A DNA stretch of 64,000 bases from positions 896,001 through 960,000 of the forward strand of contig CBDBCZ010000015.1 in assembly GCA_965203295.1 (NCBI GenBank), in the 5' to 3' direction. Source of the stretch: Nitrospirales bacterium. Lineage in GTDB: Bacteria > Nitrospirota > Nitrospiria > Nitrospirales > UBA8639. Made by a program: the position numbers and the translations under genes. The notes under the pieces were generated by a model. The model was not told the DNA's origin and did not search any database. It saw nothing but the letters and a program-made list of their open reading frames with translations. The first letter of the stretch is position 1, and every line of letters begins with the position of its first letter. Positions 53,601 through 64,000 of this stretch are shown piece after piece.

Positions 53601-56600
53601 ATTAGGAAAGAAGGATTTTATAGAAAATTGTTAGTTTTGTTGGTCTCAGGCAAAGACTTTCAGCCAAAGTAACTGGCTACCATCGATCTGACCCTTCCCA
53701 ACTGTTTAGGAAAATAACTGGTTATTCAAAAGCTTATTTAGTTTGAATGATGTTAGTCATATACAATACACGCTTAGGAAGTATCGATGTTCAAGAAAGG
53801 AACTTGTTATTCAAAGGCTTGTTTAGTTTGGTTGATGTTAGTCTGAAGATTAGGAAAGAAGGATTTTATTTAAAATTGTTAGTTTTGTTGATCTCAGGCA
53901 AAGACTTTCAGCCAAAGTAAATGGCTACCATTGATCTGACCCTTCCCAACTGTATAGGAAAAGAACCTGTTATTCAAAGGCTTGTTTAGTTTGAATGATG
54001 TTAGTCAGATGCAATACATGCTTAGGAAGTATCGATGTTCAAGAAAGGAACTGGTTGTTCAAAGGCTTGTTTAGTTTGGTTGATGTTAGTCTGCAGATTA
54101 GGAAAGAAGTATTTTATAGAAAATCGTTAGTTTTGTCGGTCTCTAGCAATGACTTTTAGCCAAAGTAACTAGCTACCATTGATCTGAACCTTCCCAACTT
54201 TTTAGGAAAAGAACTGGTTATTCAAAGGCTTGTTTAGTTTAAATGATGTTAGTCGGATACAATACACGCTTAGGAAGTATCGATGTTCAAGAAAGGAACT
54301 GGTTTTTCAAAGGCTTGTTTAGTTTGGTTGATGTTAGTCTGCAGATTAGGAAAGAAGTATTTTATTGAAAATTGTTAGTTTTGTTGGTCTCTAGCATAGA
54401 CTTTAAGCCAAAGTAACTAGCTACCATTTATCTGACCCTTCCTAACTGTTTAGAAAAAGAACTGGTTTTTCAAAGGCCTGTTTAGTTTTGTTGACGTTAG
54501 CCTGAAGATTAGGAAAGAAGGATTTTATTGAAAATTGTTAGTTTTGTTGGTATCTAGCAAAGACTTTAAGCCAAAGTAACTAGCTACCATTGATCTGACC
54601 CTTCCCAACTCTTTAGGAAAGAACTTGTTATTCAAAGGCTTGTTTAGTTTGGTTGATGTTAGTCTGAAGATTAGGAAAGAAGGATTTTTTTGAAAATCGT
54701 TAGTTTTGTTAGTCTCTAGCAAAGACTTAGAGCCAAAGTAACTAGCTACCATTGATCACACCCTTCCCAACTGTTTAGGAAAAGAACTGGTTATTCAAAG
54801 GCTTGTTTAGTTTAAATGATGTTAGTCGTATACAATACATGCTTAGGAAATATCGATGTTCAAGAAAGGAACTGGTTATTCAAAGGCTTGTTTAGTTTGG
54901 TTGATGTTAGTCTGCAGATTAGGAAAGAAGTATTTTATAAAAAATCATTAGTTTTGTTAGTCTCTAGCAAAGACTTTGAGCCAAAGTAACTAGCTACCAT
55001 TGATCTGTCCCTTCCCAACTGTTTAGGAAAAGAACTGGTTATTCAAAAACTTATTTAGTTTGAATGATGTTAGTCATATACAATACACGCTTAGGAAGTA
55101 TCGATGTTCAAGAAAGGAACTTGTTATTCAAGGGCTTGTTTAGTTTGGTTGATGTTAGTCTGAAGATTAGGAAAGAAGGATTTTATTTAAAATTGTTAGT
55201 TTTGTTGATCTCAGGCAAAGACTTTCAGCCAAAGTAACTAGCTACCATTGATCTGACCCTTCCCAACTGTTTAGGAAAAGAATCTGTTATTTAAAGGCTT
55301 GTTTAGTTTGAATGATGTTAGTCAGATACAATACATGCTTAGGAAGTATCGTTGTTCAAGAAAAGAACTGGTTATTGAAAGGCTTGATTAGTTTTAATGA
55401 TGTTAGTCGGATACAATACGTGTTTAGGAAGTGTCGATGTTCAAGAAAGGAACTGGTTATTCAAAGGCTTGTTTAGTTTGGTTGATGTTAGTCTGAAGAT
55501 TAGGAAAGAAGGATTTTATTGAAAATTGTTAGTTTTGTTGGTCTCTAACAAAGACTTTAAGCCAAAGTAACTAGCTACCATTTATCTGACCCTTCCCAAC
55601 TGTTTAGAAAAAGAACTGGTTATTCAAAGGCTTGTTTAGTTTGAATGATGTTAGTCTGAAGATTAGGGAAGAAGGATTTTATTGAAAATTGTTAGTTTTG
55701 TTGGTCTCTAGCAAAGACTTTAAGCCAAAGTAACTAGCTACCATTTTTCTTATCCTTCCTAACTGTTTAGAAAAGATCTGGTTATTGAAAGGCCTGTTTA
55801 GTTTTGTTGATGTTAGCCTGAAGATTAGGAAAGAAGGATTTTATTGATAATTGTTAGTTTTGTAGGTCTCTTGCAAAGACTTTCAGCTAAAGTAACTAGC
55901 TACCATTGATCTGAATCTTCCCAACTGTTTAGGAAAAGAACTGGTTATTCAAAGGCTTGTTTAGTTTGAATGATGTTAGTCTGAAGATTAGGAAAGAAGA
56001 ATTTTATAGAAAATCGTTAGTTTTGTTGGTCTCTAGCAAAGACTTTAAGCCAAAGTAACTAGCTACCATTGATCTGACCCTTCCCAACTGTTTAGGAAAA
56101 GAACTGGTTATTCAAAGGCTTGTTTAGTTTGAATGATGTTAGTCTGAAGATTAGGAAAGAAGGATTTTATTGAAAATTGTTAGTTTTATTGGTCTCTAGC
56201 AAAGACTTTAAGCCAAAGTAACTAGCTACCATTTATCTGACCATGCTTAGGAAGTATCGATGTTCAAGAAAGGAACTGGTTATTCAAAGGCTTTTTTAGT
56301 TTGGTTGATATTAGTCTGCAGATTAGGAAAGAAGGATTTTATTTAAAATTGTTAGTTTTTTTGTCTCTAGCAAAGACTTTAAGCCAAAGTAACTTGCTAC
56401 CATTTATCTGACCCATCCCAACTGTTTAGAAAAAGAGCTGGTTATTCAAAGGCCTGTTTAGTTTTGTTGATGTTAGCCTGAAGATTAGGAAAGAAGTATT
56501 TTATAGAAAATCGTTAGTTTTGTTAGTCTCTAGCAAAGACTTTGAGCCTAAGTAACTAACTACCATTGATCTGACCCTTCCCAACTGTTTAGGAAAAGTA

Positions 56601-57039
56601 CTGGTTATTCAAAGGCTTGTTTAGTTTAAATGATGTTAGTCGGATACAATACATGCTTAGGAAGTATTGATGTTCAAGAAAGGAACTGGTTATTCAAAGG
56701 CTTGTTTAGTTTGGTTGATTTTAGTCTGAAGATTAGGAAAGAAGGATTTTATTGAAAATTGTTAGTTTTGTTGGCCTCTAGCAAAGACTTTAAGCCAAAG
56801 TAACTAGCTACCATTGATCTGACCCTTCCCAACTGTTTAGGAAAAGAACTTGTTATTCAAAGGCTTGTTTAGTTTTAATGAAGTTAGTCTGTTGATTAGG
56901 AAAGAAGGATTTTATTGAAAATTGTTAGTTTTGTTGGTCTCTAGCAAAGACTTTAAGCCAAAGTCACTAGCTACCATTTATCTGACCCTTCCCAACTGTT
57001 TAGAAAAAGAGCTGGTTATTCAAAGGCTAGTTTAGTTTG

Positions 57040-58710
57040 AATGATGTTAGTCAAATACAATAATCCTTAGGAAGTATCGATGTTCAAGAAAGGAACTGGT
57101 TATTCAAAGTCTTGTTTAGTTTGCTTGATGATAGTCTGCAGATTAGAAAAGAAGTATTTTATAGAAAATCGTTAGTTTTGTTGGTCTCTAGCAAAGACTT
57201 TGAGCCAAAGTAACTAGCTACCATTGATCTGACCCTTACCAACTGTTTAGGAAAAGAACTGGTTATTCAAAGGCTTGTTTAGTTTAAATGATGTTAGTCG
57301 TATACAATACATGCTTAGGAAATATCGATGTTCAAGAAAGGAACTGGTTATTCAAAGGCTTGTTTAGTTTGGTTGATGTTAGTCTGCAGATTAGGAAAGA
57401 AGGATTTTATTGAAAATTGTTAGTTTTGTTGGTTTCTAGCAAAGACTTTAAGCCAAAGTAACTAGCTACCATTGATCTGACCCTTCCCAACTGTTTAGGA
57501 AAAGAACTTGTTATTCAAAGGCTTGTTTAGTTTGAATGATGTTAGTCAGAAGATTAGGAAAGAAGGATTTTATTGAATATTGATAGTTTTGTTGGTCTCT
57601 AGCAAAGACTTTAAGCCAAAGTAACTAGCTAACATTTATATGACCATGCTAAGGAAGTATCAATGTTCAAGAAAGGAACTGGTTATTCAAAGGCTTATTT
57701 AGTTTGGTTGATATTAGTCTGCAGATTAGGAAAGAAGGATTTTATTGATAATTGTTAGTTTTGTTGGTCTCTAGCAAAGACTTTAAGCCAAAGTAACTAG
57801 CTACCATTGATCTGACCCTTCCCAACTATTTAGGAAAAGAACTGGTTATTCAAAGGCTTGTTTAGTTTAAATGATGTTAGTCAAATACAATAATCCTTAG
57901 GAAGTATCGATGTTCAAGAAAGGAACTGGTTATTCAAAGTCTTGTTTAGTTTGCTTGATGTTAGTCTGCAGATTAGAAAAGAAGTATTTTATAGAAAATC
58001 GTTAGTTTTGTTGGTCTCTAGCAAAGACTTTGAGCCAAAGTAACTAGCTACCATTGATCTGACCCTTACCAACTGTTTAGGAAAAGAACTGGTTATTCAA
58101 AGGCTTGTTTAGTTTAAATGATGTTAGTCGTATACAATACATGCTTAGGAAATATCGATGTTCAAGAAAGGAACTGGTTATTCAAAGGCTTGTTTAGTTT
58201 GGTTGATGTTAGTCTGCAGATTAGGAAAGAAGGATTTTATTGAAAATTGTTAGTTTTGTTGGTTTCTAGCAAAGACTTTAAGCCAAAGTAACTAGCTACC
58301 ATTGATCTGACCCTTCCCAACTGTTTAGGAAAAGAACTAGTTATTCAAAGGCTTGTTTAGTTTGAATGATGTTAGTCAGAAGATTAGGAAAGAAGGATTT
58401 TATTGAATATTGATAGTTTTGTTGGTCTCTAGCAAAGACTTTAAGCCAAAGTAACTAGCTAACATTTATATGACCATGCTAAGGAAGTATCAATGTTCAA
58501 GAAAGAAACTGGTTATTCAAAGGCTTGTTTAGTTTGGTTGATATTAGTCTGCAGATTAGGAAAGAAGGATTTTATTGATAATTGTTAGTTTTGTTGGTCT
58601 CTAGCAAAGACTTTAAGCCAAAGTAACTAGCTACCATTGATCTGACCCTTCCCAACTATTTAGGAAAAGAACTGGTTATTCAAAGGCTTGTTTAGTTTAA
58701 ATGATGTTAG
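57040..58710 (+). repeat. 830-bp tandem block duplication within satellite
   Basis: Markers GACCCTTACC at 57231/58061 and AACATTTATATGACCATGCT at 57631/58461. Confidence 0.85.
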
Positions 58711-61700
58711 TCGGATACAATACATGCTTAGGAAGTATCGACGTTCAAGAAAGGAACTGGTTATTCAAAGGCTTGTTTATTTTGGTTGATGTTAGTCTGA
58801 AGATTAGGAAAGAAGGATTTTATTGAAAATTGTTAGTTTTGTTGGTCTCAGGCAAAGACTTTCAGCCAAGGTAACTGGCTACCATTGATCTGACCCTTCC
58901 TAACTGTTTAGGAAAAGAACCTGTTATTCAAAGGCTTGTTTAGTTTGAATGATGTTAGTCAAATACAATAATCCTTAGGAAGTATCGATGTTCAAGAAAG
59001 GAACTGGTTATTCAAAGGCTTGTTTAGTTTGCTTGATGTTAGTCTGCAGATTAGGAAAGAAGTATTTTATAGAAAATCGTTAGTTTTGTTGGTCTCTAGC
59101 AAAGACTTTGAGCCTAAGTAACTAACTACCATTGATCTGACCCTTCCCAACTGTTTAGGAAAAGAACTGGCTATTCAAAGGCTTGTTTAGTTTAAATGAT
59201 GATACAATACATGCTTAGGAAGTATCGATGTTCAAGAAAGGAACTGGTTATTCAAAGGCTTGTTTAGTTTGGTTGATGTTAGTCTGACGATTAGGAAAGA
59301 AGGATTTTATTGAAAATTGTTAGTTTTGTTGGTCTCAGGCAAAGACTTTCAGCCAAAGTAACTGGCTACCATTGATCTGACCCTTCCTAACTGTTTAGGA
59401 AAGAACCTGTTATTCAAAGGCTTGTTTAGTTTGAATGATGTTAGTCAAATGCAAAACATGCTTAGGAAGTATCGATGTTCAAGAAAGGAACTGGTTATTC
59501 AAAGGCTTGTTTAGTTTGGTTGATGTTAGTCTGCAGATTAGGAAGGAAGGATTTTATTGAAAATTGTTAGGTTTGTTGGTCTCTAGCAAAGACTTTCAGC
59601 CAAAGTAACTAGCTACCATTGATCTGACCCTTCCCAACTGTTTAGGAAAAGAACTTGTTATTCAAAGGCTTGTTTAGTTTTAATGAAGTTAGTCTGTTGA
59701 TTAGGAAAAAAGGATTTTATTGAAAATTGTTAGTTTTGTTGGTCTCTAGCAAAGACTTTAAGCCAAAGTAACAAGCTACATTTATCAAACCCTTCCGAAC
59801 TGTTTAGAAAAAGAACTGGTTATTCAAAGGCCTGTTTAGTTTTGTTGATTTTAGCCTTAAGATTAGGAAAGAAGGATTTTATTGAAAATTGTTAGTTTTG
59901 TTGGTCTCTAGCAAAGACTTTAAGCCAAAGTCACTAGCTACCATTTATCTGACCCTTCCCAACTGTTTAGAAAAAGAGCTGGTTATTCAAAGGCTAGTTT
60001 AGTTTGAATGATGTTAGTCAAATACAATAATCCTTAGGAAGTATCGATGTTCAAGAAAGGAACTGGTTATTCAAAGGCTTGTTTAGTTTGCTTGATGGTT
60101 GTCTGCAGATTAGAAAAGAAGTATTTTATAGAAAATCGTTCGTTTTGTTGGTCTCTAGCAAAGACTTTGAGCCAAAGTAACTAGCTACCATTGATCTGAC
60201 CCTTCCCAACTGTTTAGGAAAAGAACTGGTTATTCAAAGGCTTGTTTAGTTTAAATGATGTTAGTCGCATACAATACATGCTTAGGAAGTATCGATGCTC
60301 AAGAAAGGAACTGGTTATTCAAAGGCTTGTTTAGTTTGGTTGATGTTAGTCTGCAGATTAGGAAAGAAGGATTTTATAGAAAATTGTTAGTTTTGTTGGT
60401 CTCTAGCAAAGACTTTAAGCCGAAGTAACTAGCTACCATTGATTAGGAAAGAAGGATTTTATTGAAGATTGTTAGTTTTGTTGGTCTCTAGCAAAGACTT
60501 TAAGCCAAAGTAACTATCTACCATTGATCTGACCCTTCCCAACTGTTTAGGAAAAGAAGTTGTTATTCAAAGGCTTGTTTAGTTTGAATGATGTTAGTCA
60601 GAAGATTGGGAAAGAAGGATTTTATTGAAAATTGTTAGTTTTGTTGGTCTCTCGCAAAGACTTTAAGCCAAAGTAACTAGCTACCATTGATCTGACCCTT
60701 CCCAACTATTTAGGAAAAGAGCTGGTTATTCAAAGGCTTGTTTAGTTTGCTTGATGTTAGTCTGCACATTAGGAAAAAAGTATTTTATAGAAAATCGTTA
60801 GTTTTGTTAGTCTCTAGCAAAGACTTTGAGCCTAAGTAACTAGCTACCATTAATCTGACCCTTCCCAACTGTTTAGGAAAAGAACTAGTTATTCAAAGGC
60901 TTGTTTAGTTTAAATGATGTTAGTCGGATACAATACATCCTTAGGAAGTATCGATGTTCAAGAAAGGAACTGGTTATTCAAAGGCTTGTTTAGTTTGGTT
61001 GATGTTAGTCTGAAGATTAGGAAAGAAGGATTTTATAGAAAATTGTTAGTTTTGTTGGTCTCTAGCAAAGACTTTGAGCCAAAGTAACTAGCTATCATTG
61101 ATCTGACCCTTCCCAACTGTTTAGAAAAAGAACTGGTTATTCAAAGGCTTGTTTAGTTTGAATGATGTTAGTCAAATACAATACATGCCTAGGAAGTATC
61201 GATGTTCAAGAAAGGAACTATTTATTCAAAGGCTTGTTTAGTTTGGTTGATGTTTGTCTGAAGATTAGGAAAGAAGGATTTTATTGAAAATTGTTAGTTT
61301 TTTTGGTCTCTAGCAAAGACTTTAAGCCAAAGTAACTAGCTACCATTTATCTGACCCTTCCTAACTGTTTAGAAAAAGAACTGGTTTTTCAAAGGCCTTT
61401 TTAGTTTTGTTGACGTTAGCCTGAAGATTTGGAAAGAATGATTTTATTGAAAATTGTTAGTTTTGTTGGTATCTAGCAAAGACTTTAAGCCAAAGTAACT
61501 AGCTACCATTGATCTGACCCTTCCCAACTGTTTAGGAAAAGAACTTGTTATTCAAAGGCTTGTTTAGTTTGAATTATGTTAGTCTGAAGATTAGGAAAGA
61601 AGGATTTTATTGAAAATTGTTAGTTTTGTTGGTCTCTAGCAAAGACTTTAAGCCAAAGTCACTAGCTACCATTGATCTGACCCTTCCCAACTGTTTTGGA

Positions 61701-64000
61701 AAAGAACTGGTTATTCAAAGGCTTATTTAGTTTGAATGATGTAAGTCATATACAATACACGCTTAGGAAGTATTGATGTTCAAGAAAGGAACTTGTTATA
61801 TATTCAAAGGCTTGTTTAGTTTTGTTGATGTTAGTCTGAAGATTAGGAAAGAAGGATTTTATTGAAAATTGTTAGTTTTGTTGATCTCAGGCAAAGACTT
61901 TCAGCCAAAGTAAATGGCTACCATTGATCTGACCCTTCCAAACTGTTTAGGAAAAGAACCTGTTATTCAAAGGCTTGTTTAGTTTGAATTATGTTAGTCA
62001 GATACAATACATGCTTAGGAAGTATCGATGTTCAAGAAAGGAACTGGTTATTCAAAGGCCGGTTGAGTTTGGTTGATGTTAGTCTGAAGATTAGGAAAGA
62101 AGAATTTTACTCAAAAATTGTTATTTTTTTTTGTCTCTAGCAAAGACTTTAAGCCAAAGTAACTAGCTACCATTGATCTGACCCTTCCCAACTGGTTAGG
62201 AAACGAACTGGTTATTCAAAGTCTAGTTTAGTTTGAATGATGTTAGTCAAATACAATACATCCTTAGGAAGTATCGATGTTCAAGAAAGGAACTGGTTAT
62301 TCAAAGGCTTGTTTAATTTGGTTGATGTTAGTCTGCAGATTAGGAAAGAAGGATTTTTTTGAAAATTGTTTGTTTTGTTGGTCTCTAGCAAAGACTTTAA
62401 GCCAAAGTCACTAGCTACCATTGATCTGACCCTTCCCAACTGTTAAGAAAAAGAGCTGGTTATTCAAAGGCTAGTTTAGTTTGAATGATGTTAGTCAAAT
62501 ACAATAATCCTAAGGAAGTATCGATGTTCAAGAAAGGAACTGGTTATTCAAAGGCTTGTTTAGTTTGCTTGATGTTAGTCTGAAAATTAGGAAAGAAGTA
62601 TTTAGTTTTGTTAGTCTCTAGCAAAGACTTTGAGCCAAAGTAACTAGCTACCATTGATCTGACCCTTCCCAACTGTTTTGGAAAAGAACTGGTTATTCAA
62701 AAGCTTATTTAGTTTGAATGATGTTAGTCATATACAATACATGCTTAGGAAGTATCGATGTTCAAGAAAGGAACTTGTTATTCAAAGGCTTGTTTAGTTT
62801 GGTTGATGTTAGTCTGAAGATTAGGAAAGAAGGATTTTATTTAAAATTGTTAGTTTTGTTGATCTCAGGCAAAGACTTTCAGCCAAAGTAACTAGCTACC
62901 ATTGATCTGACCCTTCCCAACTGTATAGGAAAAGAACCTGTTATTCAAAGGCTTGTTTAGTTTGAATGATGTTAGTCAGATACAATGCATGCTTAGGAAG
63001 TATCGTTGTTCAAGAAAGGAACTGGTTATTCAAAGGCTAGTTTAGTTTGAATGATATTAGTCAAATACAATACATCCTTAGGAAGTATCGATGTTCAAGA
63101 AAGGAACTGGTTATTCAAAGGCTTGTTTAATTTGGTTGATGTTAGTCTGCAGATTAGGAAAGAAGTATTTTATAGAAAATCTTTAGTTTTTGGTTGGTCT
63201 CTAGCAAAGACTTTGAGCCAAAGTAACTAGCTACCATTGATCTGACCCTTCCCTACTGTTTAGGAAAAGAACTGGTTATTCAAAGGCTTGATTAGTTTTA
63301 ATGATGTTAGTCGGATACAATATATGTTTAGGAAGTGTCGATGTTCAAGAAAGGAACTGGTTATTCAAAGGCTTGTTTAGTTTGGTTGATGTTTGTCTGA
63401 AGATTAGGAAAGAAGGATTTTATTGAAAATTGTTAGTTTTGTTGGTCTCTAGCAAAGATTTTAAGCCAAAGTAACTTGCTACCATTTATCTGACCTTTCC
63501 CAACTGTTTTGAAAAAGAACTGGTTATTCAAAGGCTTGTTTAGTTTGAATGATGTTAGTCTGAAGATTAGGAAAGAAGGATTTTATTGAAAATTGTTAGT
63601 TTTGTTGGTCTCTAGAAAAGACTTTAAGCCAAAGTAACTAGCTACCATTTTTCTGACCCTTCCTAACTGTTTAGAAAGAACTGGTTTTTCAAAGGCCTGT
63701 TTTAGTTTTGTTGATGTTAGCCTGAAGATTTGGAAAGAAGGATTTTATTGAAAATTGTTAGTTTTGTTGGTCTCTAGCAAAGACTTTAAGCCAAAGTTAC
63801 TAGCTACCATTGATCTGACCCTTCCGAACTATTTAGAAAATGAGCTGGTTATTCAAAAACTTGTTTTGTTTGAATGATATTAGTCAGATACATTACATGC
63901 TTAGGAAGTATCAATGTCGAAGAAAGGAACTGGTTATTCAAAGGCTTGTTTAGTTTGGTTGATGTTAGTGTGAAGATTAGGAAAGAAGGATTTTATTTAA

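Larger units (their letters stand above)
35922..64000 (+). repeat. Tandem satellite array, right block (same family and orientation as left block)
   Basis: Same A/B units and the same subtype variants. Runs to the window end. Confidence 0.98.

Overview
Eukaryotic (metazoan-type) DNA, not prokaryotic. About 92% of the window is one AT-rich tandem satellite family, all in the same orientation (1-30700 and 35922-64000). It is built from a 163-bp unit (A) and an 85-bp unit (B) that share a ~44-bp core, plus rarer divergent 177-186-bp monomers, and is overlaid with many recent 0.3-3 kb block duplications. A single 5.2-kb non-satellite island (30701-35921) interrupts the array. It holds four intron-flanked exons recognisable as TRAPPC13 in circularly permuted order (the later exons '4,5' lie upstream of the earlier exons '2,3'; numbering follows my recollection of the human gene). 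It also holds a BEL/Pao gag fragment at the left junction, a tRNA-derived SINE abutting a (CA)n tract, a small MITE, two diverged copies of a hairpin-bearing repeat, and two unassigned exon-like segments. None of the supplied ORFs is a credible stand-alone gene. Homology calls come from manual translation and recalled sequences, not database searches.
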